Source: an uncultured candidatus Porisulfidus sp.
GTDB lineage: Bacteria > Pseudomonadota > Gammaproteobacteria > Poriferisulfidales > Poriferisulfidaceae
DNA: 64,000 bases
Assembly (NCBI GenBank): GCA_965242985.1
Contig: OZ251520.1
Location: forward strand, 696,163 to 760,162
Reading direction: 5' to 3'
Within the stretch, counting starts at the first letter, position 1. Each line of letters starts with the position of its first letter. Of this stretch, positions 19,084 through 30,370 are shown one piece after another. The translations under genes and the position numbers were made by a program. The notes below the pieces were generated by a model that was not told the origin of the DNA, made no database searches, and saw only the letters and a program-made list of their open reading frames with translations.

Positions 19084-20173
19084 ACCGGCCGCGGCGGAGC
19101 CGTCCGCGCGCCGCATCATCCATGTGGACATGGACGCGTTCTACGCCGCGGTGGAGATGCGCGAAGTGCCGGCCTACCGCGGCCATCCGCTGATCGTCGG
19201 CGGCGCGCCGGACCGGCGCGGCACGGTGGCCACCTGCAACTACGAGGCGCGGAAGTTCGGCGTGCATTCGGCGATGCCGAGCGCCACGGCCCGGCGGCTG
19301 TGCCCGCAGGCGATCTTCGTCAAGCCCCGGTTCGACCTGTACCGGGCGGCGTCGGCGGAGATCCTGGAGCTCTTCCGCCGCTACACGGAGAAAGTCGAGC
19401 CGCTGTCCCTGGACGAGGCGTACTTGGACGTGACCGGCTGCCGCCTGTTCGGCGGGGTCGCCACCGACATCGCGCGCGACATCCGCCGGCGCATCGCCGA
19501 GCGCACCCGGCTGACCGCGTCGGCCGGCGTGTCCTACAACAAGTTCCTGGCCAAGATCGCCTCCGACATGAACAAGCCGGACGGCCTGACGGTGATCCGG
19601 CCGAGCGAGGCCCTCCGGCTGATCGCGGAGCTGCCGATCGGCAAGTTCTTCGGCATCGGGCCGGTGACCGAGCGCCGGATGAAGCGGCTGGGCATCCGCA
19701 CCGGCGCCGACCTGCGCCGGTGGCCGCTGGAGCGCCTGCGGCCGCTGTTCGGCAAGCACGCCGAGTTCTATCATCAAGCGGCCCGCGGCCTGGACCTGCG
19801 CGAGGTGCGGGCCGAGCGGCCGCGCAAGTCGGTGGGCTCGGAGACCACGTTCCTGCGCGACTTGGACGATTTCGGGCAGCAGCTGGAGCAGCTGCGGCTG
19901 CGCGCGCGGGAAGTGGCGCTGGATCTGCAGGAGCGGTGCCTGACCGGGAAGACGGTCACCGTGAAGGTCAAGTTCGCCGATTTCCGGCAGGTGACCCGCA
20001 GCCATTCCTTCGACCGGCCGCTCAGCTCGTACCGGGAGTTGGCCGAAATCCTGCCCGCGCTGCTGCGCCGGGCGGTTCCGGGGCGGAGCGCGGTGCGCCT
20101 GCTCGGCGTCACGGTGTCGAACCTGGTCCGGCACCCCGACGAAAGAGGCCCGGCCCAGCGGCAGCTGCTCTGA
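19046..20173 (+). CDS. dinB: DNA polymerase IV
   Basis: IIHVDMDAFYAAVE, YEARKFGVHSAM, SLDEAYLD, KIASDMNKPDG, RKSVGSE; exact start uncertain. Confidence 0.96.
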   Translation: MTRCDANSDPRPEPAAAEPSARRIIHVDMDAFYAAVEMREVPAYRGHPLIVGGAPDRRGTVATCNYEARKFGVHSAMPSATARRLCPQAIFVKPRFDLYRAASAEILELFRRYTEKVEPLSLDEAYLDVTGCRLFGGVATDIARDIRRRIAERTRLTASAGVSYNKFLAKIASDMNKPDGLTVIRPSEALRLIAELPIGKFFGIGPVTERRMKRLGIRTGADLRRWPLERLRPLFGKHAEFYHQAARGLDLREVRAERPRKSVGSETTFLRDLDDFGQQLEQLRLRAREVALDLQERCLTGKTVTVKVKFADFRQVTRSHSFDRPLSSYRELAEILPALLRRAVPGRSAVRLLGVTVSNLVRHPDERGPAQRQLL

Positions 20174-20222
20174 GGCCCTGTGCTAGACTTCCGGCAGCGG
20201 AAAATCGCGGATTGCGGAGACC

Positions 20223-21149
20223 ATGCAGGAACGATTCACCCCCTGTGCGGTGGCGGCGCTGCTGCTGGCGGTGTTGCTGGGCGCGGGTTACGCGCAGATG
20301 CGGCCGGAGCCGTTTTCGGAAGGCGTCTTCTGGCGCGTCAGCAAGGACGGGGAAGTGGTGGGGCACATCCTCGGCACCATCCACAGCAACGACGAGCGCA
20401 TCACCCGCGTTCCGGACCGGGTGATGGACGTGTTCGCCGAGGCCCGCGGCTACGCCATCGAAGCCTTTCCGGGCAGCGACCTGTGGAACCCCTACCACGG
20501 CTTCCAGAGCATCGCCGGGCGGATGATGCTGGAGGACGGGAAGACCTTGGCCGACGTGGCCGGCGAGGAAATCGCGTCCCAGGTGTACGTCATCCTCAAG
20601 CGCAACCACGCCGAAGAGAAGTTCGCGCGCCGGATCAAGCCGTGGGCGGCGATCCACAGCCTGTCCATCAAGTCGGAGCATCAGGGCCCGATCATCGACC
20701 AGAAGCTGCTGGATCTGGCGGTGGTGCAGGACAAGGACCTGTACCAGGTCGAAAGCCCGGAAGAGCTGCTGGCGGCGTTCTACGGCATGCCGATGGATTC
20801 CCAGGTGTCGCTTCTGGAAGACAAGCTGCGCGCCTATCCGTCCGCGCGCAGCACCATGGAGCGCATCATCCAGGCCTACGAGCGCGAAGACCTGCAGGAA
20901 ATGATGGACCTGTCCACCGAGTTCATCGACAAGAGCCCGGACAAGCGGCGGCACCGCCAGGCGTACGTGAAGCACGCGATCGACGTGCGCAGCGTGGTGA
21001 TGGCGCACTACATGCAGGAGCCGTTCCGGGACCGGGGCGCGTTCGTCGCCATCGGCGCGCTGCACCTGTACGGCAAGAACGGCGTGCTGGCCCTGATCGG
21101 CCAAGACCTGTTCGGCGGCTTCGACGTCGAGCGCGTCCTGATCAAGTAG
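20223..21149 (+). CDS. TraB/GumN (TIKI) family exported protein
   Basis: Signal peptide, FWRVS..ILGTIH, FVAIGALHLYG..GVL. Confidence 0.85.
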   Translation: MQERFTPCAVAALLLAVLLGAGYAQMRPEPFSEGVFWRVSKDGEVVGHILGTIHSNDERITRVPDRVMDVFAEARGYAIEAFPGSDLWNPYHGFQSIAGRMMLEDGKTLADVAGEEIASQVYVILKRNHAEEKFARRIKPWAAIHSLSIKSEHQGPIIDQKLLDLAVVQDKDLYQVESPEELLAAFYGMPMDSQVSLLEDKLRAYPSARSTMERIIQAYEREDLQEMMDLSTEFIDKSPDKRRHRQAYVKHAIDVRSVVMAHYMQEPFRDRGAFVAIGALHLYGKNGVLALIGQDLFGGFDVERVLIK

Positions 21150-21164
21150 CGCCCCGGGCGGGGC

Positions 21165-21863
21165 TCAGCTGCGCCCGTACACCGGCACGACGGCGCCGTT
21201 GACCGCGCGGTTGGCGGGATCCGCCAGCTGCGCGATGGCGACGGCCAGCTCCTCGGGCGGCACCCAGCGGGAATGATCCGCGTCCGGCATGTCGGCGCGG
21301 TTGCGCGGCGTGTCGATGGTGCCGGGCAGGACGCAGTTGGCGGTGACGCCGCTGTCGGCGCATTCCAGCGCGAGCACTTCGGTCAGGGTCACCACGGCCG
21401 CCTTGGACACGCAGTAGGGCGCCATCTTCGCGCCGGGGCGCCGCGCCGCCCGGGCGCCGATGTTGACGATGCGGCCGAAGCCCGCCGCGCGCATGGACGG
21501 CAGGGCGTGTTTGCAGGCCAGCCAGGCGGTGACCGCGTTGATCTCGAGCATGGCCCGCCAGTCGGCGGCGGTGGTCTCCTCGACCCGCGGCCCCATGGCG
21601 AAGCCGCCGGCGATGTTGGCCAGCACGTCGATGCGGTCCTGGTCTTTGCGGATGGCGGCGAAAGTGTCGCGCACGGCGTCCTCGTCGGTCAGGTCGCAGG
21701 CGTAGGCCGCGTCGGCGTCCGCGGCGCCGGCCAGCGCCTCGGCGCTGCGGTCGATGGCGGCGACGCGGGCGCCCAGGGCGCGGAAGCGCCGGACGACGGC
21801 TTGGCCGAGAACGCCGGCGGCGCCGGTGACCACGGCGGCGCGGCCGTCAAAGGGAAGCTTCAT
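21165..21863 (-). CDS. SDR family oxidoreductase
   Basis: TGAAGVLG, NIAGG, YCVSK, PGTIDTP. Confidence 0.92.
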   Translation of the reverse strand: MKLPFDGRAAVVTGAAGVLGQAVVRRFRALGARVAAIDRSAEALAGAADADAAYACDLTDEDAVRDTFAAIRKDQDRIDVLANIAGGFAMGPRVEETTAADWRAMLEINAVTAWLACKHALPSMRAAGFGRIVNIGARAARRPGAKMAPYCVSKAAVVTLTEVLALECADSGVTANCVLPGTIDTPRNRADMPDADHSRWVPPEELAVAIAQLADPANRAVNGAVVPVYGRS

Positions 21864-22905
21864 TTTCCGCTCGCTGTTCGTGAAAACCCCGGCTCGTCAG
21901 GACTTCCTCGATCAGGCTGCGCCGAAGGTTCAGCGCGCCGTTGGTGGACGGGAACGCGACTTGCTTCCAATCCTGATTCATCAAGATGCTCTCCACGCGG
22001 CGCTTGTCCCTGCGGATCACGATGCCGTATCCGCGCTTGTTCGGGAGCTCGCCGAAACTTCGGTACGCTTGCATGCCGGAAAAGCAGGTGGACGGCAGGT
22101 AAACGTCGCATTTGCCGATCATGCGCTTGTTTCGGGTGCTGCTCGGAGTGCCCCCGTTCGAAAGGGAGAACACGCGGATGTAGGACGAGCAGGTTTTGTG
22201 TGCGGGCATCCGGATGTGCCGGTGATGGACGGCGGTCCACACCTGAAAAACGGTGCTGATGTTGACCGGGCTTCCGTCCGGCTTCTCGAAAGAGGCGGCG
22301 GGCAGTTTCTCGCTGTGCGCCAGCCGGAGTCTCCGATCGACGCGCTTGCTCGGCACGCCTTTGCCGTCGCTTTCAAACAGCTGCGGCAGGATGAACGCCA
22401 CCATGTCGGCGAATGCGGCGGAGTGGTTGATGAACTGCAGGGCCAAGTGCCCGCGAAGGCCGAAAGGCGGATTGCCGATCACGATGTAGCGGTGGCCTTT
22501 CGGCGGCGTCCAGCGCAGGTAGTCGGCCTGGATCAGGTCCGGCCGTTTCGGTTCCAGGTCCACGCCGATCCTGCGTGCTTTCGGAAGCGCCTGGTAGAAC
22601 CGGCCGCATCCGGCCGACGGTTCTATGTACCGATGCCGCGACACATTCACCTTCATGGATTTCGCCACGTCCCGAAAAGTCCGGCAGCATTCCCGCGCCA
22701 CGGCAGGCTTAGTGTAGAACTGATCTTCCGCGTTGCCGTTCAGGCCGAGCATCCGGCGGAAGTCGCCCGCGTATTGCTCGGGCACGGACTGCATTTCCGC
22801 CCAGCGGTTGACCGTGTTCGGGTGCAGGCCGAGCAGGCAGGCGATTTCGGGCAGGGGCTTGACCTGCGCGACTTGCTGGAACAAGCGAAGTCCGTCCATG
22901 CTCAT
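21847..22905 (-). CDS. Amino (N6/N4) DNA methyltransferase-like protein with N-terminal HTH-like segment
   Basis: DQFYT, IEPSAGCG (motif I) before GNPPFG (motif IV); N-terminal IACLLGLHPNTVNRW; lower GC than flanks. Confidence 0.78.
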   Translation of the reverse strand: MSMDGLRLFQQVAQVKPLPEIACLLGLHPNTVNRWAEMQSVPEQYAGDFRRMLGLNGNAEDQFYTKPAVARECCRTFRDVAKSMKVNVSRHRYIEPSAGCGRFYQALPKARRIGVDLEPKRPDLIQADYLRWTPPKGHRYIVIGNPPFGLRGHLALQFINHSAAFADMVAFILPQLFESDGKGVPSKRVDRRLRLAHSEKLPAASFEKPDGSPVNISTVFQVWTAVHHRHIRMPAHKTCSSYIRVFSLSNGGTPSSTRNKRMIGKCDVYLPSTCFSGMQAYRSFGELPNKRGYGIVIRRDKRRVESILMNQDWKQVAFPSTNGALNLRRSLIEEVLTSRGFHEQRAENEASL

Positions 22906-22939
22906 GCGAACAAGCGGCGACCGTTTCTTCTCGCGCGGC

Positions 22940-23800
22940 TCAGAAGTTCAGCCACAGCGATTCCCGCCGCGGTTTCCGCACCGAGCGGCACAGACGCTCG
23001 GGCGCGTCGATCCGCTTCCATTCGGCGAACAGCCGGTCGTACAGATTCGTCCGGTAGCCGGACAGGATGGCGCGCCCGCGGATCCGATTCAGCGTTCCGG
23101 CAAGGTCCTCATGCTCCTCGTCGGTCATCTCGTGTCCGTAGGCGGCTGCGTCGCCGCGGGCGGCATGCATGTAAGGCGGATCCAGGTAGAACAGGGTGTC
23201 CTTAGTATCGTATCGGCGGATCACTTCCAGCGCGGGCGCGTGCTCGATCTGCACGCGCTGGAGCCGCTGCACGATCTGGGGCAGACCCTCTACCGACCCC
23301 AGCCAGCGGGACACGGCGCCGGCCATCCCGGCCCGGGAAGTGAGCACGCAGTGCGCCCAGCGGCCCTCGCTGCTCGTCTGCGCCAAGCCGGTGCGCGTTT
23401 GCCGGGCGCGGACGTAAAAGCGCCGGGCGCGCTCCAGGCGCGAGAGGCCCTTTTCCGGTTTGCAGGCGCGGATGAGCTCCTCGCGGGAAAACGGCGTCAG
23501 GCTGATGGCCTTGATCAGCCGGCCCCCTTGATTCCGCAGGGTCTGGAAAAAATTCACCAGTTCCGAATCGATGTCGTTGTAGGTTTCCGCCGGAAACGGC
23601 GGCAGGTTCACCAGCACGGCGGCGGAGCCGCCGTAAACGTCGCAGAAGTGCTGCGCGTCGTTCGGGATGCGGGGCAGGATGAAGTCGAGGTGGCTGTATT
23701 TGCCCCCGTACCAGCCGAAAGCGATCAGCTTTTTCGCCTGCCGATGCGCGGTGCGCCGGCCCGCGCCCGTCGGGTTGACTGCGGGAGCCGGCGGCCGCAT
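22940..23800 (-). CDS. Dam-like (D12 class) DNA adenine methyltransferase
   Basis: WYGGK, DVYGGS, YNDID, FYLDPPY, LSGY. Confidence 0.9.
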   Translation of the reverse strand: MRPPAPAVNPTGAGRRTAHRQAKKLIAFGWYGGKYSHLDFILPRIPNDAQHFCDVYGGSAAVLVNLPPFPAETYNDIDSELVNFFQTLRNQGGRLIKAISLTPFSREELIRACKPEKGLSRLERARRFYVRARQTRTGLAQTSSEGRWAHCVLTSRAGMAGAVSRWLGSVEGLPQIVQRLQRVQIEHAPALEVIRRYDTKDTLFYLDPPYMHAARGDAAAYGHEMTDEEHEDLAGTLNRIRGRAILSGYRTNLYDRLFAEWKRIDAPERLCRSVRKPRRESLWLNF

Positions 23801-23819
23801 GACTGGCGCGTTGGCCGCA

Positions 23820-25001
23820 TCAGTCCCAGTTCAGCGCGCCGCCGGTCTGGTATTCGGTCACCCGGGTCTCGAAGAAGTTCTTCTCCTTCTTGAGGTCGAG
23901 CGTCTCCGACATCCACTGGAACGGGTTCTGCGCGCCGGGGAACTGCGCCGGCAGGCCGATCTGCGCCAGCCGCCGGTTGGCGATGAACTGGACGTACTCC
24001 TCGAACACCGTCGCGTTCATGCCGAGGATGCCCCGCGGCATGGTGTCGTGGGCGTAGGCGACCTCGAGCTCCACTCCCTCCAGGACCAATTCCACCATCT
24101 TCTGCTGGAATTCCCCGGTCCACAACTGCGGGTTCTCGATCTTGATCTGGTTGATGACGTCGATGCCGAAGTTCATGTGCATGGACTCGTCGCGCAGGAT
24201 GTACTGGAACTGCTCCGCCACCCCGGTCAGCTTGTTGCGCCGGCCCATCGACAGGATCTGCGAGAAGCCGACATAGAAGAAGATGCCCTCGAACACCACG
24301 TAGAAGGCGATCAGGTCGCGCAGCAGCCGCTGGTCGTTCTCGAAGCTGCCGGTGCGGAAGTTGGGGTCGCCCAGGCTCTGGGTGAACGGCAGCGCCCATT
24401 CCGCCTTGAGCGCCACCGACGGCAGCTCGCGGTACATGTTGAACACCTCGCCCTGGTCCAGCCCGAGGGATTCCACGCAGTACTGGTAGGCGTGGGTGTG
24501 GATCGCCTCCTCGAACGCCTGGCGCAGCAGGTACTGGCGGCACTCGGGGTTGGTGATGTGGCGGTAGACCGCCAGCACCAGGTTGTTGGCCACCAGCGAA
24601 TCGGCGGTGGAGAAGAAGCCCAGGTTGCGCTTGACGATGGTGCGCTCGTCCTCGGTCAGGCCGTTCGGGTCCTTCCACAGCTCGATGTCCGCGGTCATGT
24701 TGATCTCCTGCGGCATCCAGTGGTTGTTGCAGGCCGCCAGGTACTTCTCCCAGGCCCAGGCGTACTTGAACGGCACCAGCTGGTTCAGGTCGGCGCGGCA
24801 GTTGATGATCTGCTTGTCGTCGACCTGGATGCGGGCGGCGCCCATCTCCAAGCTCTCCAGCCCGGTGGCGCCGGCGAGTTCCGCGGCCGCGTCCGGCGCG
24901 GGCGGCGCTTCGGGCAGAGGATCGAGCGCCGGCGCCGCGGCCGCGGCGTTCGGCGGGAAAGCCAGAGGGTCGTCCCAGTTGCTGGTGATTTGAGTCGTCA
25001 T
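23820..25001 (-). CDS. nrdB: Ribonucleotide reductase class Ia beta subunit
   Basis: [22 protein letters not shown] (radical Tyr present), EGIFFY, RDESMH, NFFETRV; GAGAGG RBS. Confidence 0.96.
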   Translation of the reverse strand: MTTQITSNWDDPLAFPPNAAAAAPALDPLPEAPPAPDAAAELAGATGLESLEMGAARIQVDDKQIINCRADLNQLVPFKYAWAWEKYLAACNNHWMPQEINMTADIELWKDPNGLTEDERTIVKRNLGFFSTADSLVANNLVLAVYRHITNPECRQYLLRQAFEEAIHTHAYQYCVESLGLDQGEVFNMYRELPSVALKAEWALPFTQSLGDPNFRTGSFENDQRLLRDLIAFYVVFEGIFFYVGFSQILSMGRRNKLTGVAEQFQYILRDESMHMNFGIDVINQIKIENPQLWTGEFQQKMVELVLEGVELEVAYAHDTMPRGILGMNATVFEEYVQFIANRRLAQIGLPAQFPGAQNPFQWMSETLDLKKEKNFFETRVTEYQTGGALNWD

Positions 25002-25018
25002 GATGCGCACCTCTCGGG

Positions 25019-27901
25019 TTACTGGCAGGCTTCGCAGTTTTCGTCCATGTCGCAGACCGCCGGGGCGGCCTCCGGCGTCTGCGGCGCGACCGAGTTGAGG
25101 CGGTTGCCGCGCTCGTCGCCGGTGCTCTTCTCGACGTGGGTCGCGCCCAGCGAACGCAGGTAGTAGGTGGTCTTCAGTCCGCGCACCCAAGCGAGCTTGT
25201 ACAGGTTGTCCAAGTCGCGGCCGGACGGCGCGGCCATGTACAGGTTCAGGGACTGCGCCTGGTCGATCCACTTCTGCCGGCGCGCCGCGGCCTCGACCAG
25301 CCAGCGCGGATCCAGCTCGAACGCAGTGGTGTACAGCTGCTTGAGGTCGTCCGGGATGCGGCCGATGTGCTGCACGCTGCCGTCGTAGTACTTGAGGTCG
25401 TTGATCATGACCTCGTCCCACAGCCCGCGCTCCTTCAGGTCGGCGACCAGGAACGGGTTGATCACGGTGAACTCGCCGGACAGGTTCGACTTGACGAACA
25501 GGTTCTGGTACGTCGGCTCGATGCTTTGCGTCACCCCGGTGATGTTGGAGATGGTGGCGGTGGGCGCGATCGCCATGGTGTTGGAGTTGCGCATGCCCCG
25601 GCGCGCCTTCTCGCGCAGGGCGTCCCAGTCGAGCGCGGCGGAGTCGTCGACCTGGAAGAAGCGCTCGTCGCCGCGCGCTTCGCGCACCCGCGCCAAGGAA
25701 TCGATCGGCAGCACGCCGTTCGCCCACAGGGAGCCCGCGAAGCTCGGGTAGGCGCCGCGCTCCTCGGCGAGGTCGGCGGAGGCGGCGATGGCGAAGTAGC
25801 TCACGGCCTCCATCGAGCGGTCGGCGAACGCGACCGCCTCGTCGCTGGCGTACGGCACGCGCAGCTTGTACAGCGCGTCCTGGAAGCCCATCACGCCGAG
25901 GCCGACCGGGCGGTGGCGCAGGTTCGAGTTGCGCGCCTTGGGGACGGTGTAGTAGTTGTAGTCGATGACGTTGTCGAGCATGCGCATGGCGGTGCGCACC
26001 GTGCGCTCGAGCTTGTCCATGTCCAGGCCCTGCTCGCCGACGTGCGCGGCCAGGTTGAGCGAGCCGAGGTTGCACACCGCGATCTCCTCGTCGGAGGTGT
26101 TGAGGGTGATCTCGGTGCACAGGTTGGACGAATGCACCACGCCCAAGTGCTGCTGCGGGGAGCGCAGGTTGCAGACGTCCTTGAACGTGATCCAAGGATG
26201 GCCGGTCTCGTACAGCATGCCGAGGATCTTGCGCCACAGGTCCTGGGCGCGCACTTCCTTGAACTGGGCGATCCGGCCGTCGGCGGCCATCGCCTCGTAT
26301 TCGGCGTAGCGCGCCGCGAACTCCGGCCCCACCAGGTCGTGCAGGTCGGCGGTGTCGCTCGGGCTGAACAGGGTCCAGGTCTCGTCGCCGACGACCCGCT
26401 GCATGAACAGGTCCGGCACCCAGTTGGCGGTGTTCATGTCGTGCGTGCGCCGCCGGTCGTCGCCGGTGTTCTTGCGCAGCTCGAGGAACTCCTCGATGTC
26501 CAGATGCCAGGTCTCCAGATAGGCGCACATCGCGCCCTTGCGCTTGCCGCCCTGGTTGACCGCCACCGCGGTGTCGTTGGCCACCTTGAGGAACGGCACC
26601 ACGCCCTGCGAGCGGCCGTTGGTGCCCTTGATGTGCGAGCCCATGGCGCGCACCCGGGTCCAGTCGTTGCCGAGGCCGCCGGCGAACTTCGACAGCATGG
26701 CGTCGTCCTTGATCGAACTGAAGATGCCCCCCAGGTCGTCCGGCACCGTGGTCAGGTAGCACGAGGACAGCTGCGGCCGGCGCGTGCCCGAGTTGAACAG
26801 CGTCGGCGTCGAGCTCATGAAGTCGAACGTCGACAGCAGGCGGTAGAACTCGATCGCCCGCTCCTCGCGGTCGACCTCGTTCGTCGCGAGGCCCATCGCG
26901 ACGCGCATAAAAAAGGCCTGAGGCATCTCGAAACGGGTGCTTTTCGAATGTATGAAATAACGGTCATACAGAGTCTGCAGGCCAAGATACGTGAACTGCA
27001 GGTCGCGTTCCGGCGCGAGCGCCTCGGCGAGCTTCGCAAGGTCGTACTCCTCCAGATGCGGGTTCAGCAGTTCCAGTTCGATCCCGCGGCGGATGTAGCG
27101 GGGGAAGTAGTCCAGGTAGCGCTCCGCCATCTCGGCGGCGCCGGTCTGCTGCGGCGCGCCGTACACGAAGTCCAGCGCCTCCCGGCGCAGGGTGTTCAGC
27201 AGCAGCCGCGCGGCGACGTGGGTGTAGGCGGGATCGGTCTCGATCAGGGTGCGCGCGCTGATGGTCAGCTGCGACGCGACGTCGGCCTCGTCCACGCCGT
27301 CGTAGAGGTTGCGCAGGGTCTCCTCCAGCACCGGCTCCGGGGCGGTGCCGTCCACGCCGCTGCAGGCCTCCTCGGCCAGTTGCCGCAGGCGCTCCTGGTC
27401 CAGCGGCCGCAGGCCGCCATCCGGCGTCCGCACCTGCAGCGGGGCGGCGTCGTCTTCCGGGCCGGGCTCGTCGGCCGCATCCGCGGCGCGCTCCTGCGCG
27501 CGCGCCTCGCGGTACAGGACGTATTCGCGCGCCGCCTTGTGGTGGCCGTCGCGCATCAGCGCCAGTTCGACCGCGTCCTGGATGTCCTCGATGTGGAACG
27601 TGCCGCCGTCGGAGCGGCTGCGGGTGATCGCGCTCACCACCTGCCGCGTCAAGGTCTCGACCGTCCGGTGCACCCGGCTGGAGGCGGCGGCGTTGCCGCC
27701 CTCGACGGCCAGGAACGCCTTGGTGATGGCGACCTGGATCTTCGACTCGTCAAACGGGGTCATCTGGTGGTTGCGCCGGATCACCCGGTACTTGCCGGGC
27801 GCGGCGGCGCGCAGCTCCGCCTCGAGCGGAGCGCCGGAGCCGGAGGCGCCGCGGGCGATGTCCGCGCCGGCGGCGGCAGGAATTTCCTGAGTTGCTTCCA
27901 T
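25019..27901 (-). CDS. nrdA: Ribonucleotide reductase class I alpha subunit with two ATP-cone-like domains
   Basis: [33 protein letters not shown]-terminal CEACQ. Confidence 0.97.
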   Translation of the reverse strand: MEATQEIPAAAGADIARGASGSGAPLEAELRAAAPGKYRVIRRNHQMTPFDESKIQVAITKAFLAVEGGNAAASSRVHRTVETLTRQVVSAITRSRSDGGTFHIEDIQDAVELALMRDGHHKAAREYVLYREARAQERAADAADEPGPEDDAAPLQVRTPDGGLRPLDQERLRQLAEEACSGVDGTAPEPVLEETLRNLYDGVDEADVASQLTISARTLIETDPAYTHVAARLLLNTLRREALDFVYGAPQQTGAAEMAERYLDYFPRYIRRGIELELLNPHLEEYDLAKLAEALAPERDLQFTYLGLQTLYDRYFIHSKSTRFEMPQAFFMRVAMGLATNEVDREERAIEFYRLLSTFDFMSSTPTLFNSGTRRPQLSSCYLTTVPDDLGGIFSSIKDDAMLSKFAGGLGNDWTRVRAMGSHIKGTNGRSQGVVPFLKVANDTAVAVNQGGKRKGAMCAYLETWHLDIEEFLELRKNTGDDRRRTHDMNTANWVPDLFMQRVVGDETWTLFSPSDTADLHDLVGPEFAARYAEYEAMAADGRIAQFKEVRAQDLWRKILGMLYETGHPWITFKDVCNLRSPQQHLGVVHSSNLCTEITLNTSDEEIAVCNLGSLNLAAHVGEQGLDMDKLERTVRTAMRMLDNVIDYNYYTVPKARNSNLRHRPVGLGVMGFQDALYKLRVPYASDEAVAFADRSMEAVSYFAIAASADLAEERGAYPSFAGSLWANGVLPIDSLARVREARGDERFFQVDDSAALDWDALREKARRGMRNSNTMAIAPTATISNITGVTQSIEPTYQNLFVKSNLSGEFTVINPFLVADLKERGLWDEVMINDLKYYDGSVQHIGRIPDDLKQLYTTAFELDPRWLVEAAARRQKWIDQAQSLNLYMAAPSGRDLDNLYKLAWVRGLKTTYYLRSLGATHVEKSTGDERGNRLNSVAPQTPEAAPAVCDMDENCEACQ

Positions 27902-28017
27902 GTTCGTGCCTTTTCGTTTTGGTTTGTGGCCTCGTTACGCCGCTCCGGCTAGCCAGTGGCGACGGATCAAAATGCTTCCCCGAAAACCTTGCGCCAAGTT
28001 CCAAGGGCATTTTCGCC

Positions 28018-28065
28018 TCACAATATATAGATTTTTCTAGTCTGTCAAATCACAATATATTGGAA
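28018..28065. promoter_or_regulatory. Tandem NrdR boxes
   Basis: CACAATATATAG at 28019 and CACAATATATTG at 28051, 32 bp apart, upstream of nrdA. Confidence 0.85.
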
Positions 28066-28080
28066 TTCCGTAGGAAATTC

Positions 28081-28089
28081 TGTGGATAA
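28081..28089 (-). promoter_or_regulatory. DnaA box in the nrdA promoter
   Basis: TGTGGATAA is the reverse complement of consensus TTATCCACA, next to the NrdR boxes. Confidence 0.7.
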
Positions 28090-28253
28090 CCGTTAGCAAC
28101 TATTGCAACTATTTGTAAATCATGAAACATTTATCTTCTTCTAGTCGGCCATTCCAGTTTTGAATGCCGATGCCGATGCCGATAATTTTTGTTTATGACA
28201 GCCCTGTTTCCCCCTTATTACAGGCCCCGGCCCGCCTCTGGTAAGGTGGCGGC

Positions 28254-29459
28254 ATGGATGCGCAAGACCTCCGCGCCGGCGCCGAGCAGTGCGTCAAGTG
28301 CGGGCTGTGCCTGCCGCGCTGCCCGACTTGGCGGCTGCGCCGCGAGGAGGGGGATTCGCCGCGCGGGCGGCTGACGCTGATCGCGGCGGCGGCGGGCGGG
28401 CTGCTGGACGCCGATGCCGCGCTGCGCGGCCACCTGGAAGGGTGCCTGCTGTGCCGCGCCTGCGAGGCGGCCTGCCCGGCGCAGGTGCCGTTCGGCCGGC
28501 TGATGGACCAAGCGCTGCGCCGCTGGCCGGCCCGGCCGGTGCTGTGGACGCGGCTGTTCCGCCATGCGGCGCTGCGCGGCCTCGCGCGGTTCGGATTGTG
28601 GCTGCTGACGGCCAGCGGCGCGGCGCGGGCGGGCGCCGCGCGCGGGCCCGCCTGGCTGCGGGACCGGCTCGCCATGCTGCCGGCGGCGACGGCGCTGCGC
28701 CGGCGCCGGCCGCGGGTTCGGAGCGGGCCGCGGGTGGGCCTGTTCCCGGGCTGCGTTACGGACGTGCTGGACCGCCGCACGCTCAACGACGCGGCGGCGC
28801 TGCTGGCGCGCGCCGGCGTCGCGGCGGAATGGCTCCCGGGCGCGGGCTGCTGCGGCGCGCTGGATCGGCACCAGGGCGCGCCGGCCGCGGCGGATCGGCA
28901 ACTGCGCCGCAATCTCGACCGCGCCGACCCCGCGCGCTACGCCGCGCTGCTGTCGGTGGCGACCGGCTGCGGGGCCGAGCTGTCGGATTACGCGGCGTTG
29001 TCGGAGCATCCGCGCGCGCGCGCTTGGAGCGACCGCCACCGCGACGCCGCGGACTACCTGGCGGGCGGCGCGGCCGACCGCCTGCGGTTCCGGCCGCTGT
29101 CCGGAACCGCGCTGGTGCACCAGCCGTGCAGCGCGCGGCAACTGCCGGGAGATCCGGCGGCGCCGGCGGCGCTGCTGCGGCGGATTCCGGGGCTGACGGT
29201 GCGCGCGTGCGCGCAGCGCGATTGCTGCGGCGCGGGCGGGACGGCCATGTTCCGCCGCCCGGAGCAGGCGGCGGCGCTGGCCGACGGCATCGTGCGCGAG
29301 TTGGCCGGCGGCGGCGCGCGCTGGCTGGTCACCGCCAACATCGGCTGCGCCCTGCACCTGCGCCGGGCGGCCGCCCGGGCGGGGTTGGCGGCGGAAGTGC
29401 TGCACCCGCTGAACCTGCTGCGCCGGCAGCTGGAGGAGGGGGCCGGTGCGCAGGCTTGA
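28254..29459 (+). CDS. GlcF-like Fe-S oxidoreductase (two 4Fe-4S motifs plus CCG domains)
   Basis: [30 protein letters not shown], two CCG motifs, TANIGC. Confidence 0.85.
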   Translation: MDAQDLRAGAEQCVKCGLCLPRCPTWRLRREEGDSPRGRLTLIAAAAGGLLDADAALRGHLEGCLLCRACEAACPAQVPFGRLMDQALRRWPARPVLWTRLFRHAALRGLARFGLWLLTASGAARAGAARGPAWLRDRLAMLPAATALRRRRPRVRSGPRVGLFPGCVTDVLDRRTLNDAAALLARAGVAAEWLPGAGCCGALDRHQGAPAAADRQLRRNLDRADPARYAALLSVATGCGAELSDYAALSEHPRARAWSDRHRDAADYLAGGAADRLRFRPLSGTALVHQPCSARQLPGDPAAPAALLRRIPGLTVRACAQRDCCGAGGTAMFRRPEQAAALADGIVRELAGGGARWLVTANIGCALHLRRAAARAGLAAEVLHPLNLLRRQLEEGAGAQA

Positions 29460-30072
29460 CTGGCGCGATCAGTTGCTGGGCGAGGCCGGGCGCTGGCTGG
29501 CCGCGGCCCGGCCGGCGGGCGGCGCGGACTATCCGGCCGGCGCGGCGGAGTCGCGCCTGAGCGAAGACGAGCGGCGGCGGGCGGCCGCCTGCATGCGGGT
29601 CAACCACGCCGGCGAGATCGCCGCCCAGGGCCTGTACCTGGGCCAAGCGCTGACCGCCCGCAGCGCGGCGACGCGCGCGCGGCTGCGCGGCGCGGCCGCG
29701 GCCGAGGCCGCGCACCTGCGCTGGTGCGAGCGGCGGCTGGCGGAGCTCGACGCGCGCGTCAGCCGGCTGACCCCGCTGTGGTACGCGGGCGCGGTGGCGA
29801 TCGGCGCCGCGGCCGGCGCCGCCGGCGACCGGCGCAGCCTGGGCTTCGTGGCGGAGACCGAGCGCCAGGTCGAGGCGCATCTCGAATCGCATCTGGCGCG
29901 GCTGCCCGCCGCGGACGCGCGCAGCCGGCGCATCGTCGAGCGCATGCGCGCGGACGAGGCGCAGCACCGCCGGGACGCGCTGGCGGCGGGCGGGCGGCCG
30001 CCGCCGCCGCCGGTGCCCGCGCTGATGGCCGCGCTGGCGCGGGTCATGACCGGCACCGCGGGGCGGATCTGA
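29446..30072 (+). CDS. coq7: Demethoxyubiquinone hydroxylase Coq7
   Basis: [38 protein letters not shown]. Confidence 0.93.
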   Translation: MRRLDWRDQLLGEAGRWLAAARPAGGADYPAGAAESRLSEDERRRAAACMRVNHAGEIAAQGLYLGQALTARSAATRARLRGAAAAEAAHLRWCERRLAELDARVSRLTPLWYAGAVAIGAAAGAAGDRRSLGFVAETERQVEAHLESHLARLPAADARSRRIVERMRADEAQHRRDALAAGGRPPPPPVPALMAALARVMTGTAGRI

Positions 30073-30370
30073 AAAACCGATAGAAAACAAGCATTTCTTC
30101 GCTATTTCGGGAAGCGCTACGCCGCGGCGCCGGCGGCGTGCCTATCCCTTTGGTGTATATTCTCCGGCGGGCAAATCTATGCCTAATGGGGTACTTCGCT
30201 ATGCCGCGCCGAACCGCCGCTTTCCGCTCCGGGTTCCGCCGGCCGGGCGGCGGGCCGCGGCCGTCATCCATGCGCGGCGCCGGTCCGCGTTTTTTCCGCC
30301 GACGGGACACCGGGCGCGCATCCGCTTGCGCGCGGCCGCCGGCCTCTGTTTGGAAAGGGGTTCGACAACA

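Noticed and set aside
23820-25001. Class Ic (Mn/Fe) ribonucleotide reductase
   Set aside because: The radical Tyr (EAIHTHAY) and the Asp ligand (STADS) are present.
23820-26762. 980 aa NrdB or an NrdA-NrdB fusion
   Set aside because: The extension is an off-frame reading of nrdA; nrdB has its own RBS and ATG at 25001.
27902-28253. Replication origin
   Set aside because: Only one clear DnaA box, explained by nrdA regulation; no dnaA, gidA or parAB context.
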